NCBI GenBank assembly: GCA_050311575.1
Contig: JBNOKO010000001.1
Location: 520,408 to 584,407 of the forward strand
DNA length: 64,000 bases
Source: Candidatus Krakonobacterium acarorum
Lineage (GTDB): Bacteria; Bacteroidota; Bacteroidia; SolTP2
Direction: 5' to 3'
The translations under genes and the position numbers were made by a program. Positions within the stretch are counted from its first letter, which is position 1, and each line of letters opens with the position of its first letter. This document shows positions 20,601 through 30,232 of the stretch, in pieces. Under the pieces are notes generated by a model. The model did not search any database. It was not told where the DNA came from and saw only the letters and a program-made list of their open reading frames with translations.

Positions 20601-20807
20601 TATGTTATAGTTTCTTCTTTCTTTATTGTTTATTCTATCTACAGATCCGTATAAACTAAGGCTTATAGCGTCTAATATTGCAGATTTGCCAGATCCAACC
20701 GGGCCAAAAATGCCAAATATGTTATTTTTATACAATGCGATGAAATCGATCGTTTGTAAGGTTTGATATGAGTAAAAGCCTTCTATTTTTATAGAAATCG
20801 GAAGCAT
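17649..20807 (-). CDS. sbcC: SbcC/Rad50-family ATPase, the SMC-like subunit of a DNA double-strand-break exonuclease
   Basis: The N-terminal Walker A is GPVGSGKSAILDAISLSLYG. A long coiled coil carries a CPICN zinc-hook motif (GDPCPICNTT) near its middle. The C-terminal signature and Walker B are LSGGQ...FFFLDEGFGSLD. The D-loop and H-loop are present. Length is 1052 aa. Confidence 0.75.
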   Translation of the reverse strand: MLPISIKIEGFYSYQTLQTIDFIALYKNNIFGIFGPVGSGKSAILDAISLSLYGSVDRINNKERRNYNIVNLKSNKLYIEFTFKSDSQLYQFVVTAQRNKKNFEKIEDFEHKAYQKQNDKWVPIPLLKTNIAKLSEKILGLNYENFNRTIIIPQGKFQEFLKLSPSDRTTMLSDIFSLQKYDLYASVYTKYKETKEQYDKIEGKIENLKDYSKESLNTEESELNTYNANLKQVNQDISKAKSQEKIHVDILNLVNEHKQLKSNLAIETNTKEIFLEKQHKIDIYEHCQHRYKDLINSITNYNNDLLSKKIDYKNIIVQLETSKQATESLKIQLDRIEEIIKNKDKISQQIIELQTELELRKIAINIKGLKKLLSDEEIKYHNKNSHIENLTKQISHLEEKCKEINSQIINQKIIDAIYAWSNHNQLLLQNLANLNEAKGVKQKELKDIEYEGKELINNHFPNYQKTYKNFEDLKFHLTQEYEQILKEKTLTMIYKNLTIGDPCPICNTTIHSDHIKRLEHIHIDNITEKEQTLTKQLESIKDIESQFKLFSLTYKKNSEQVKFYDKEIKIINDELNKHRTKYIWSDLIAIDNITNTPDTLSKWRDKQYELNNVNRNLSEKIKNLTTEKQIALGLIDKIKDNIHSVNTKLSVALNIKQTLDKKFIITTSKDYENISDNDLEKKICNQNEFLKNIDITHTEILTKFHEHNNHNIALSTRLDIIKVEYEKIKIKIDKEVINLETKIANDSFLARLYDENQITEHKSSLATVTELPTTSIIETYKTIITKELDKNINIPKERGLIEEFFKKITIIEENIKTIEIKLKENVYDQHKHNEIKQLIHELETNKNLYIHRLGKLNERINNIKTKLEEKEKLKTDHANLNKRLYNLDLLLKLFHAKGFMQYISQTYIQNLCIIANKHFTKMNDNNMAIEFQDEQFLVRDYFNEGKIRSIKTLSGGQIFQASLSMAIALSDNLLLNTKFNKESFFFLDEGFGSLDKESINTVINTLIKLRKENRIIGVISHVEEIKEQMDDYININNTQELGSTITRAYAQA

Positions 20808-20821
20808 TTTAAATTATCCAT

Positions 20822-21526
20822 TTATTTGTCGTGTAAATGTTTTTTTAAGCCTTCCAGAGTTAGGCTATCTTCTAACTTAAAATTACCAATTTTTGTTCTA
20901 GTTAGTTTTGTAAGGTAAGCTCCATTTTTGAGTTCGTTACCAAAGTCTCTTACTAAAGAGCGTATATATGTTCCTTTGCTACAGATAATTCTAAAGCTAA
21001 CTTCAGGGAGGTTAATTGCTGTTATATGGAAACATGTTACATCTACTATACGTTTTTTTAATTCAGGCTCCAGCCCCTGGCGTGCTAACATATAGGCTCT
21101 TGTTCCATTTATTTTTATTGCAGAATATATTGGTGGAGTTTGATGCAGTTGCCCAATAAATTTATAGCTGGTTTCTAGAATATCGCTCTTAGTTATGTGA
21201 TCTATAGAGAATGTCTTATCTATTGGAGTTTCTAAATCGACAGAGGGCCTATGAGCACCTAGTAAGAAACTACCTGTATATTCTTTATCTAGATTTTGGT
21301 AATCGCATATTTGTTTAGTCTTTCTCCCGGTGCAAACTATCATTAAGCCATCAGCTAGTGGATCTAAAGTGCCAGCATGGCCGATTTTTGTTTTTATAGG
21401 CTTAATTATGTTTTTAATTTTCTTTATTATGTCGAAGGAAGTCCAATTGATTTCCTTGTTTATTAGTAATGTTTCTCCTTCTTCAAAATTAAAATCTGTT
21501 TTATGCTCTGATTTTGCGTTGATCAT
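20822..21526 (-). CDS. truB: tRNA pseudouridine(55) synthase
   Basis: GHAGTLDPLADGLMIVCTG is the catalytic Asp motif. Length is 234 aa. Confidence 0.85.
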   Translation of the reverse strand: MINAKSEHKTDFNFEEGETLLINKEINWTSFDIIKKIKNIIKPIKTKIGHAGTLDPLADGLMIVCTGRKTKQICDYQNLDKEYTGSFLLGAHRPSVDLETPIDKTFSIDHITKSDILETSYKFIGQLHQTPPIYSAIKINGTRAYMLARQGLEPELKKRIVDVTCFHITAINLPEVSFRIICSKGTYIRSLVRDFGNELKNGAYLTKLTRTKIGNFKLEDSLTLEGLKKHLHDK

Positions 21527-22312
21527 TTATATAAAATTAACCGAATAAAGTACTAATAGTACTAGCCCTAAGATAATTCTGTAGTACCCTAGCGTAATAA
21601 AGCTGTTTTTGCTTATGTAAGATATGAATTTTGATATTACTAAATATGCGATTATAAAAGAAATTGCATTTCCAATAGTTATTTTTATGATATTGTCGTT
21701 ATTAAAAATTATATCTGGATTGATTTTGTACGTATCGTACAATTTTTTACATGTCGCTGCAAATATTGAAGGTACACCTAGTAGGAAAGAAAATCTAACT
21801 GCTAGATGTTTATCTAAATTTCTTATTAGACCACCAACTATGCTGGATCCGGATCTTGATACGCCAGGAACTAGTGCCAGTGATTGTATTATACCAATTA
21901 TAAAAGCATCTTTATAGCTTATTGTTTGCTTTTTTATATTTTTTTTGTTAATAATTTTTTCTATAAATATGAATATGATCCCTCCAATAATTAAAGCAAT
22001 GGCCATATATATTATGGATTCAAGGTAATTTCTTATTATGTTAGAAAATAGGATACCTATTATTGCTGTCGGTAAAAAAGCTACGAACAGTAAGTAATAA
22101 ATCTTAATATCGCGTGTAAATAACCTGAAATATTCAACTATGACAGCACTTATAGCTCCTATTTGTATGGCATCGAAAAACAGTTCTGTAAATGGAGTTG
22201 CTTCCAGGTTAATAAGTTTAGATGCAATCATAAGGTGAGCTGTAGACGAAATAGGTAAAAACTCTGTAAGTCCTTCTATTATTGAAAGTATTATCAATTG
22301 TATATAAGACAT
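21527..22312 (-). CDS. uppP: Undecaprenyl-diphosphatase
   Basis: ISSTAHL and PGVSRSGSSI match the BacA/UppP motifs. It is a polytopic membrane protein of 261 aa. Confidence 0.85.
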   Translation of the reverse strand: MSYIQLIILSIIEGLTEFLPISSTAHLMIASKLINLEATPFTELFFDAIQIGAISAVIVEYFRLFTRDIKIYYLLFVAFLPTAIIGILFSNIIRNYLESIIYMAIALIIGGIIFIFIEKIINKKNIKKQTISYKDAFIIGIIQSLALVPGVSRSGSSIVGGLIRNLDKHLAVRFSFLLGVPSIFAATCKKLYDTYKINPDIIFNNDNIIKITIGNAISFIIAYLVISKFISYISKNSFITLGYYRIILGLVLLVLYSVNFI

Positions 22313-22349
22313 TGGTAGTTATATATGTATTTATTGGTTGATATAGAGT

Positions 22350-23591
22350 TTACTTGTTTCCGTATTTTTCTAAAATTTGTGTTAAGTTAATAATAAAATT
22401 ATCAATATCGTGCATAGTATTATATATTGCAAATGATGCACGCGAAGTGCCTGTAATTTTTAAGTAATTCATTAGAGGTTCAGTGCAGTGGTTACCTGTA
22501 CGTATAGCTACCCCCATTTTATCAAGTAATACTCCTATATCATAATGATGCATTTTATCGCTGATAAACGAGATTACATTGGCTCGATTACTTAAAGACC
22601 CTAATATTTGGATCCCTTTAACCTGGGATAACTGTTTAATAGCATATTCCATTAGCTGCTGCTCGTATAAATGTATTTTCTTTATGTCTACAGAGTTAAT
22701 AAAGTTAATAGCGTCGCAGAAAGCAACTATGTCGGCTACATTTGGTGTTCCAGCTTCAAATTTATATGGTAATTTGTTATAGGTGCTTTGGTCATAGGTT
22801 ACAGTTTTTACCATTTCGCCTCCTGTTTGCCAAACTGGCAAGGAATCTAATAAATGTTCTTTTCCGTATAATATACCGACTCCCATAGGGCCATACATTT
22901 TATGCGATGAAAACGCTATAAAATCACAATCTATTTGTTGTACATCAATATGTGTATGTTTTATAGCTTGTGCAGTATCTATCAGCACAAAAGAACCATT
23001 TTTATGAGCTAAGTCAGTTATTAATTTTACAGGATTAATTGTACCAATAGTGTTCGATACATAAGTAACAGCTACAATTTTAACTTTTTCGTCTAATAAA
23101 TTTTTGTAGGCATCAATGTCGATCTCAAGGGCATCATTTAATGGTATTATTTTAAGTTTAGCTCCATATTTTTGACAAACTATTTGCCATGGAACCAGGT
23201 TTGAATGATGTTCTAGAGCAGAAACAATTATGCTATCACCTGGTTTAATATAGGCTTGTGCAAATGTATTAGCTAATAAATTTATAGATTCAGTTGTGCC
23301 TTCAGTAAAAATAATTTCTTCTGCACTCTTAGCATTTATAAATTGAGATACCAATAAACGCGTATGCTCCATTTTTTCAGTAGCAATATTTGCCAGGTAA
23401 TGAGCGCCACGATGTACATTACTATTATATTTAGTGTAATAATCGACTAAGGCATTAATTACAGATATAGGTTTTTGTGTTGTAGCAGCATTATCTAAAT
23501 AAATAAGAGGCCTATTATTTACTTGAGTTTTTAATATAGGAAATAAGTTTCTAATAGGTTCCCCATTAAAAATAAATTCTTTATCAGGCAT
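22350..23591 (-). CDS. sufS: Cysteine desulfurase SufS (PLP-dependent)
   Basis: YLDNAATTQKP matches. SSHKMYGPMGVGILYG contains the PLP-binding Lys. RTGNHCTEP contains the catalytic Cys. Length is 413 aa. Confidence 0.85.
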   Translation of the reverse strand: MPDKEFIFNGEPIRNLFPILKTQVNNRPLIYLDNAATTQKPISVINALVDYYTKYNSNVHRGAHYLANIATEKMEHTRLLVSQFINAKSAEEIIFTEGTTESINLLANTFAQAYIKPGDSIIVSALEHHSNLVPWQIVCQKYGAKLKIIPLNDALEIDIDAYKNLLDEKVKIVAVTYVSNTIGTINPVKLITDLAHKNGSFVLIDTAQAIKHTHIDVQQIDCDFIAFSSHKMYGPMGVGILYGKEHLLDSLPVWQTGGEMVKTVTYDQSTYNKLPYKFEAGTPNVADIVAFCDAINFINSVDIKKIHLYEQQLMEYAIKQLSQVKGIQILGSLSNRANVISFISDKMHHYDIGVLLDKMGVAIRTGNHCTEPLMNYLKITGTSRASFAIYNTMHDIDNFIINLTQILEKYGNK

Positions 23592-23612
23592 TATTCAATC
23601 GTTTTAACCTTT

Positions 23613-24836
23613 TTATAAATGTAGCTTTTTATATATGTCATTACGCAATTGATCGTCATTTATTATTTCTAATATATCCGACATAAATGCGTCTATAAGC
23701 ATATTTTTGGCATCTTCTTCGCAAACCCCACGTGTTTTTAAATAAAAAATACTTTCACGATCTAATTGTCCGATTGTGCAACCATGCGAGCATTTTACAT
23801 CATTAGCGAAAATTTCTAATTGTGGCTGTGCATGTATAATAGCGTCAGGGGACAATAATATATTTTTATTTTGTTGGAACGCTTGAGTTTGTTGAGCGTC
23901 TTTGGCTACGTATATTTTCCCATTAAATATCCCGGTTGCATTATTTTTATTTATGTATTTATATAATTCGTTACTTGTACAGTTACTTACGTTATGGAAT
24001 ACAGCAGTTTGGTTATCAACCACATTTTGTTTATTGATCATATTTAAACCATATAAGTTAACCTTAGCCAGATCTTTGTTCAAGTAACAGTTAATGTGAT
24101 TTTTAATTAATGATGCTTTAGATGCAGAGATATTTATGTTTGTAAATTCTGCCTCCTTATTAATAATGCTGCTAATATTACTTAAAAATACTGAAGAATT
24201 ATTTATGCTATTAAATCTAGAATTTTCTACTTTAGCGTTATCGTCTAAATTTATAGATAGATCGTATGTAATAAGTTGATTTATATTACTGTTAGATATA
24301 AATATTTCTGTGATTGCTGCAGATACATTTTTAGCTACATTGATATTAATTTTGTATGATACTAGTAACGGGTTGTTGCTAAAAGTATGTGTTAAATATA
24401 ATGGCTCTTTCAGAGTATCTGTTATATCAATATTAATGATATTTTGTATCGATGACTGGTTTAAGGTTAGTATAAAGTCTTCGTTTTTATCTTTAATATA
24501 GTTTGTGCTTACACCGATGTTTACACCTTTAATACCTTTATATAAATCTTGGGTCATAACCCCATCCGTCAATAATATTGCGTTTTTACCTATTACACAG
24601 TTAGATTGTGATTCAAGAGGCGCAACAGTGTTACGCTCTAAAGGATCTGATAATAATATATTGTCTATATATTGTTTAATATCTATGTATTTCCATTTTT
24701 CGTTATTTTTAGAGGGAAATCCATGATGTTTTATCGTTTGTAATGCACTTTTGTTTATGTCGTATAACCGAGATCCGTTATCTAAATGGTGCAAATTATG
24801 TAAATAATTATATAATGTTTCGATGTTAGTATCCAC
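23613..24836 (-). CDS. sufD: Fe-S cluster assembly protein SufD
   Basis: 407 aa with the C-terminal beta-helix region conserved with SufB/D. It sits between sufC and sufS. Confidence 0.8.
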   Translation of the reverse strand: MDTNIETLYNYLHNLHHLDNGSRLYDINKSALQTIKHHGFPSKNNEKWKYIDIKQYIDNILLSDPLERNTVAPLESQSNCVIGKNAILLTDGVMTQDLYKGIKGVNIGVSTNYIKDKNEDFILTLNQSSIQNIINIDITDTLKEPLYLTHTFSNNPLLVSYKININVAKNVSAAITEIFISNSNINQLITYDLSINLDDNAKVENSRFNSINNSSVFLSNISSIINKEAEFTNINISASKASLIKNHINCYLNKDLAKVNLYGLNMINKQNVVDNQTAVFHNVSNCTSNELYKYINKNNATGIFNGKIYVAKDAQQTQAFQQNKNILLSPDAIIHAQPQLEIFANDVKCSHGCTIGQLDRESIFYLKTRGVCEEDAKNMLIDAFMSDILEIINDDQLRNDIYKKLHL

Positions 24837-24848
24837 TTGTAAGCTAAT

Positions 24849-25586
24849 TTATTTTAACCAATTATAACCTTCTTTTTCTAATTTTAGAGCCATAGATTTA
24901 TCCCCAGACTGAACAATCTTGCCTTTGTATAATATATGTACAAAGTCAGGGACAATGTATTCTAAGAGCCTTTGATAGTGCGTTATTATTATAAAAGCGT
25001 TGTCTTTGGACATTAACTTATTAACACCATCAGCTACTATTTTTAAAGCATCTATATCAAGACCCGAATCAGTTTCGTCCAAAATAGCAAGTTTTGGCTC
25101 TAGTAAGGCAAGCTGTAATATTTCATTTCTTTTCTTTTCTCCTCCAGAAAAATCAGCATTTAACGATCTGTTAGTAAGAGATGTATCAAAATGTACTAAT
25201 TCTTGTTTTTCTTTTAATAGCTTTAAAAACTCTGATGAAGTAAGATCTGGTTTGTTTTGATGTTTCCGTATATTTTGTAAAGCTGTTTTTAAGAAAGTAA
25301 TATTTGATACGCCTGGTATTTCAACAGGGTACTGGAATGCTACGAATAATCCTTCTCTAGCTCTAATCTCAGGATCCATTTCTAATAGATCCTGATTCAT
25401 AAATTTTATTTGACCTTCAGTTACTTCGTATTCCTCCTTGCCTGCAAGTACCGATGCAAGGGTACTTTTCCCAGATCCGTTAGGACCCATTATAGCGTGG
25501 ATTTCTCCAGGTTTTATGTTTAAGTTAAGGCCTTTTAATATTTCTTTATCTGCTGATTTAGCGTGTAAATTTTTTATTTCTAGCAT
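24849..25586 (-). CDS. sufC: Fe-S cluster assembly ATPase SufC
   Basis: Walker A is GPNGSGKST, the signature is FSGGEKKR and Walker B is [10 protein letters not shown]. Length is 245 aa. Confidence 0.9.
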   Translation of the reverse strand: MLEIKNLHAKSADKEILKGLNLNIKPGEIHAIMGPNGSGKSTLASVLAGKEEYEVTEGQIKFMNQDLLEMDPEIRAREGLFVAFQYPVEIPGVSNITFLKTALQNIRKHQNKPDLTSSEFLKLLKEKQELVHFDTSLTNRSLNADFSGGEKKRNEILQLALLEPKLAILDETDSGLDIDALKIVADGVNKLMSKDNAFIIITHYQRLLEYIVPDFVHILYKGKIVQSGDKSMALKLEKEGYNWLK

Positions 25587-25609
25587 TGTTTTTAGTTATA
25601 AGTAAGAGG

Positions 25610-27049
25610 TTATCCTACAGATCCGTCTAGTGATATTTCTAAAAGTTTTTGTGCTTCAACTGCAAATTCCATTGGGAGCTTGTTAATCACGTCTTTAGCA
25701 TATCCATTTATGATCATCGAGACAGCTGTTTCTGTATCTAACCCCCTTTGTTTTAAATAAAATAATTGATTTTCAGAAATTTTAGAGGTAGTAGCCTCAT
25801 GTTCTATAATTGAGTTATTATTTTTATTAGTTATATAGGGAAATGTATGAGCTCCACACTTATCACCTAATAATAGCGAGTCACATTGAGTAAAATTACG
25901 CGAATTTAAAGCTTTGCTATTTACATGTACTAAACTTCTGTAAGTATTTTGGCCAAAATCTGCTGATATCCCTTTTGATATAATTCTGCTTTTAGTGTTT
26001 TTACCAATATGAATCATTTTGGTTCCTGTATCTGCTATTTGCATATTTCTAGTTAATGCTACAGAATAAAATTCTCCTTCAGAGTTATTACCTTTTAGTA
26101 TAACGCTTGGGTATTTCCATGTGATACTTGAGCCTGTTTCAACTTGAGTCCATTGTATTTTGGATCCATCTCCTTGGCATATTCCGCGTTTTGTTACAAA
26201 GTTTAATACTCCTCCTTTTCCTTGTTTATCGCCAGGGTACCAATTTTGCACGGTAGAATATTTTATTTCAGCGTTGTTATGCGCAACCAGCTCAACTACA
26301 GCGGCGTGTAATTGACTTTCTTTACGTATTGGGGCAGTACAACCTTCAAGGTAACTTACATAACTATTGTCTTCAGCAATTATTAATGTACGCTCGAACT
26401 GACCAGTATTCAACGCATTTATCCTAAAATATGTAGATAGCTCCATAGGGCATCTGGTATTTTTCGGTATATATACAAAGGATCCATCAGTAAATACTGA
26501 TGAATTTAGGGCAGCAAAAATATTATCTGATATCGGAACTACAGATCCTAGATATTGTTTTACTAAATCTGGATATTCCTGTATAGCATCAGAAATTGAA
26601 CAAAAGATAACTCCTTGTTCTTTTAACTTTTCTTTAAATGTTGTAACTACTGAAGTGCTATCAAATACAGCGTCAACAGCTACGTTAGCAAGTTGTTTTT
26701 GTTCATTTAAAGGTATACCTAAACGCTCGAAAGTTTTTAATATTTCCGGATCAACTTCATCAAGGCTGGCAAGTTTATTCTGTTTAGGGACAGAATAATA
26801 CGACATTTTTTGAAAATCTATATTTGGAATAGTAAAGTTTTGCCAATTAGGCATTTTTAAGCTACTAAAGTGTTTGAACGCTTTAAGCCGCCATTGAAGA
26901 AGCCATAATGGTTCATTTTTTTTCTTTGATATGTATTCTATAATGTTTTCATTAAGCCCTAGCGGTGCAGTTTCATTTTCTATCTCTGTATGGAAACCAT
27001 ATTTTTCGTAGTCGCCATATGAGTCTATTAATTCTTGATTATTGTCCAT
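25610..27049 (-). CDS. sufB: Fe-S cluster assembly protein SufB
   Basis: 479 aa. The conserved SufB C-terminus GCTAPI...SISKGIS... is present, and the gene is first in the sufBCDS order. Confidence 0.9.
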   Translation of the reverse strand: MDNNQELIDSYGDYEKYGFHTEIENETAPLGLNENIIEYISKKKNEPLWLLQWRLKAFKHFSSLKMPNWQNFTIPNIDFQKMSYYSVPKQNKLASLDEVDPEILKTFERLGIPLNEQKQLANVAVDAVFDSTSVVTTFKEKLKEQGVIFCSISDAIQEYPDLVKQYLGSVVPISDNIFAALNSSVFTDGSFVYIPKNTRCPMELSTYFRINALNTGQFERTLIIAEDNSYVSYLEGCTAPIRKESQLHAAVVELVAHNNAEIKYSTVQNWYPGDKQGKGGVLNFVTKRGICQGDGSKIQWTQVETGSSITWKYPSVILKGNNSEGEFYSVALTRNMQIADTGTKMIHIGKNTKSRIISKGISADFGQNTYRSLVHVNSKALNSRNFTQCDSLLLGDKCGAHTFPYITNKNNNSIIEHEATTSKISENQLFYLKQRGLDTETAVSMIINGYAKDVINKLPMEFAVEAQKLLEISLDGSVG

Positions 27050-27344
27050 ATTATAAGTGGAATTTTTTATATAATTTCTTAAAAGTTATGATGAAAGGAC
27101 TTATATCGTAGCTTCAAGAAATTACTTAATACTAAGTTAAGCAATTGTCTGCAAAGCAAATATTATAAACGACAAAAAAATATGTAATTATAGCGCTTTA
27201 TACCTTATAATTGATAAATTATTTAATGTGAAGTTAAATAATTATATACAGGATTTATAAAAGACTGGGAAAAGCTTTGTGTTAAAAAAGCTGTGTTATT
27301 CAATTTTGTTTTAAAAATATAAGTGATTTAGTAGTAATAGAAAG

Positions 27345-27417
27345 TGGTGACGGCCGGGATCGAACCGGCGACACAAGGATTTTCAGTCCTTTGCTCTACC
27401 AACTGAGCTACATCACC
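27345..27417 (-). tRNA. tRNA-Phe (anticodon GAA)
   Basis: The reverse complement gives GGTGATG-TA-GCTC-AGTTGGTA-GAGC-A-AAGGA-CTGAAAA-TCCTT-GTGTC-GCCGG-TTCGATC-CCGGC-CGTCACC-A. The anticodon loop CTGAAAA reads GAA. No CCA is encoded. Confidence 0.85.
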
Positions 27418-27470
27418 AAAATCGGTTTAAAGCTTATCAAAGCTAATATGTTTTAGCTAAAAAACAAAGT

Positions 27471-29018
27471 TTATATGTGCAATTTATCCTTGTTTTTGTT
27501 TAAAAACATAAATTTTCCCAATGGAACCTTATTGCTAGCTGCTATTTTTATCCATTTTTTATATTTTAAGGACCATAATAGCTGTTTGCTGAATAAAACC
27601 CCTTTAAAGTAAGGTACCAGATATTGGTTAAGTAATATTGTTATTCCAGATTCGTTTTGTTCTTTTATTATGTACTGTAGGGCTTTGTTTATTTCATCTT
27701 CTAGGATGCTGGATGGATTCACTTCGCCTGTTCCGTTACAAGTAGGGCATTTTTCGACAGTTTTAATTATAGTTACCGGTCTAACGCGCTGTCTTGTTAT
27801 TTGGACTAACCCAAATTTACTTGGAGGTAGTATTGAGTGTTTCGCTCTATCTGCTTTCATAGCCTTATTAAGGGCCTGATATAGGTTTTTTTTATTAGCA
27901 GGTTGTTGCATATCTATAAAGTCTACAACAATTATCCCGCCCATGTCCCTTAATCTAAGTTGTCTTGCTACTTCTTTAGCAGCTTCTATATTTACTGCTA
28001 AAGCGTGCTCTTCTTGATTAACACTATGAGATAATCTTTTGCCACTGTTTACATCTATTACATGCAGGGCTTCTGTATGCTCTATTATTAAATAAGAACC
28101 GCCTCGCATATTGATTATTCTGCCAAATAGGGCTTTTATTTGCTTGTCTATCCCAAATTTTTCAAACATATCCAGATTGCCTTTATAAAATTTTAAAATT
28201 TTATCTGATACAGATATGCTACCCAGGTATGATTTTACCTCTGTGTAGATGGATTTGTCATTTACATGTATTGCACTAAATTCAGGGCTTAAGACGTCAC
28301 GAATCATAGAGCTTGCTATGCCAATTTCACCTATTATTTTACGTGATTGTACAGTACCTGAAAGTTTTTGAGTAAATTCTTGCCATTTTAGTATAAGATC
28401 TTTAATATCGTCTTTAATCTCTTTTTCGTCTTTATTCTCTGAAGCAGTTCTAATAATTATACCGAAATTTTTAGGTTTTATTTTAGCAATGAGATTTTTT
28501 AAACGTAATTTTTCTTTTTGAGATGTTATTTTGCGAGATATCGATATAGTATCTATAAAAGGATTTAATACTGTGTACCTGCCTGCTATAGATATGTTTG
28601 AACTAAGTCTGGGCCCCTTTAGGGATATGGGTTCTTTTATAATTTGTACTGGTAGTATACATCCCTTTCTTAGTATTTGCGATATTTTACCATTTTTATC
28701 TATTGGTGGGAGAATATCGAAATTATCTAATAGATTATATCTTATATTTTTACTTCGTAGGTCTTCTGTTAATTTTATTAAAGAGTTTACGTTTGGACCT
28801 AAATCTAAATAGTGTAAAAATGCATCTTTTTGATAACCAATGTCTATAAAAGCTGCGTTTAAATTAGGAATGATTTTAGTTACTTTACCTAAATAAATAT
28901 CCCCTACAGAATAGTGTTTATATATAGTCTCTTTGTGTAGTTCTATCAGTCTTTTGTTTTCTGATAATGCTATACTGATTTCAGAATGTGATACATTAAT
29001 TAAAAGCTCTTTTGCCAA
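27471..29018 (-). CDS. rng: Ribonuclease E/G family protein (RNase G-like)
   Basis: The N-terminal S1 domain is GDIYLGKVTKIIPNLNAAFIDIG. A DNase-I-like catalytic core with VVDFIDM is present, followed by a zinc-link-like CPTCNGTG. Length is 515 aa. Confidence 0.8.
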   Translation of the reverse strand: MAKELLINVSHSEISIALSENKRLIELHKETIYKHYSVGDIYLGKVTKIIPNLNAAFIDIGYQKDAFLHYLDLGPNVNSLIKLTEDLRSKNIRYNLLDNFDILPPIDKNGKISQILRKGCILPVQIIKEPISLKGPRLSSNISIAGRYTVLNPFIDTISISRKITSQKEKLRLKNLIAKIKPKNFGIIIRTASENKDEKEIKDDIKDLILKWQEFTQKLSGTVQSRKIIGEIGIASSMIRDVLSPEFSAIHVNDKSIYTEVKSYLGSISVSDKILKFYKGNLDMFEKFGIDKQIKALFGRIINMRGGSYLIIEHTEALHVIDVNSGKRLSHSVNQEEHALAVNIEAAKEVARQLRLRDMGGIIVVDFIDMQQPANKKNLYQALNKAMKADRAKHSILPPSKFGLVQITRQRVRPVTIIKTVEKCPTCNGTGEVNPSSILEDEINKALQYIIKEQNESGITILLNQYLVPYFKGVLFSKQLLWSLKYKKWIKIAASNKVPLGKFMFLNKNKDKLHI

Positions 29019-29229
29019 GTTATTGCTTATTTTAAGTTATAAAATTTTACATTTTATAATTGTCCATGTATTTTAACAGATTTTTTAATTCTTAATATTG
29101 AAATTCTATTTTAATATCGTATAAAATTTATCTATTAAAACTTGATATTGCAATTTATTAATTTTATTTAATCTATCCCAGAGTTTGTTATAAGATATAA
29201 TCATTAGATGTTATAATTAATTATGATCT

Positions 29230-30201
29230 TTATGATTTTTGGTCCTTATCGGGATAACCTTTTTTGAAATTTCCTGTTAAGTTTGCTTTTGAATACTCTA
29301 CTATTTCGCGCTCGAAAAAGTTACCGAAAGTACTGCCCATCATATAATCTATCCATGGTATAGGATTTTTTACTGTAGACCATTTAGGCTCTAACGTAAG
29401 TTGTTTTAATCTATAGTTAGTAACATAGCGTATATAATCTTTCATCTCTTGTTTTGTTAAGTCTATAGATTCGTTAATGGTAAAACATCGGTCTATAAAT
29501 AGATCTTCTAAAGATACTATACGCTCAGCCATATCGTATATTTCTTGTTTTACATCTTTGTTGAAAGCGCTTTTGTTCTCGTTGATAAAATGCTTGAACA
29601 GTAAAGTATTACCTTCTATATGTAGGCTTTCGTCTATCATGCTCCATCTTACTATATCGCACATTCCAGGTAGTTTGCCTCGTCTGTCAAAGTTTAGAAG
29701 TACTGCAAAAGATGCAAATAAGCATACTCCTTCTATGATTATTTGTTTTGATAGGTATTTTGTAAATCCTATGTGATTGTCCTCGATTTCTTCCAGCATG
29801 AATTCATGTTTTTCTTTCATGTCTTCATATTCTAGAAATTCGTAATAGAAGTCTTGACCAAAACCCAGTGTGTCCGATAATAGTGCATATGCTCTTTGAT
29901 GTTCGAATTCTCTACAGCAAAAGCTTATCAGCATCCCTCTGGATTCGTTGTTTTTTATGTATGGTATTAATTTTTCTATATATCCTGTACCAACGTTTAC
30001 GTCTGATTGTGTAAAGAGTCTTAAGATGTTTTTTATTACGTATTTTTCATCTTCACTAATTTCATTAGCATTCCATTGTTCTACGTCTGTTTGTAGTTTT
30101 ACTTCGTCTGCTGTCCAATGGGCTCTTTCGTGTTTTTTGGTTATTTCTACGATATCGTTGTATATGGGTGTGTAGATTTCTTTATATTGTGTTAAGCTCA
30201 T
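29230..30201 (-). CDS. nrdB: Class I ribonucleotide reductase beta subunit. No ATP-cone is present.
   Basis: The 323-aa ferritin-like fold carries the metal-ligand glutamates and histidines in context (FCCREFEHQRAY, IEGNTLLF). It lies immediately downstream of nrdA. Confidence 0.85.
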   Translation of the reverse strand: MSLTQYKEIYTPIYNDIVEITKKHERAHWTADEVKLQTDVEQWNANEISEDEKYVIKNILRLFTQSDVNVGTGYIEKLIPYIKNNESRGMLISFCCREFEHQRAYALLSDTLGFGQDFYYEFLEYEDMKEKHEFMLEEIEDNHIGFTKYLSKQIIIEGVCLFASFAVLLNFDRRGKLPGMCDIVRWSMIDESLHIEGNTLLFKHFINENKSAFNKDVKQEIYDMAERIVSLEDLFIDRCFTINESIDLTKQEMKDYIRYVTNYRLKQLTLEPKWSTVKNPIPWIDYMMGSTFGNFFEREIVEYSKANLTGNFKKGYPDKDQKS

Positions 30202-30232
30202 AATTTTTTGTTTTTAATTGTTAAAGATTATG

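Noticed and set aside
17649-20807. Reading the 1052-aa SMC-like ATPase as a defence-system component (Wadjet JetC, Lamassu LmuB, or an AAA15/OLD-type such as Gabija or Septu)
   Set aside because: It has the Rad50/SbcC-specific CPxC zinc hook in the middle of the coiled coil and the canonical ABC signature and D-loop. No JetA/B/D, Cap4/HNH or other effector partner is adjacent. The flanking genes are truB and fmt.
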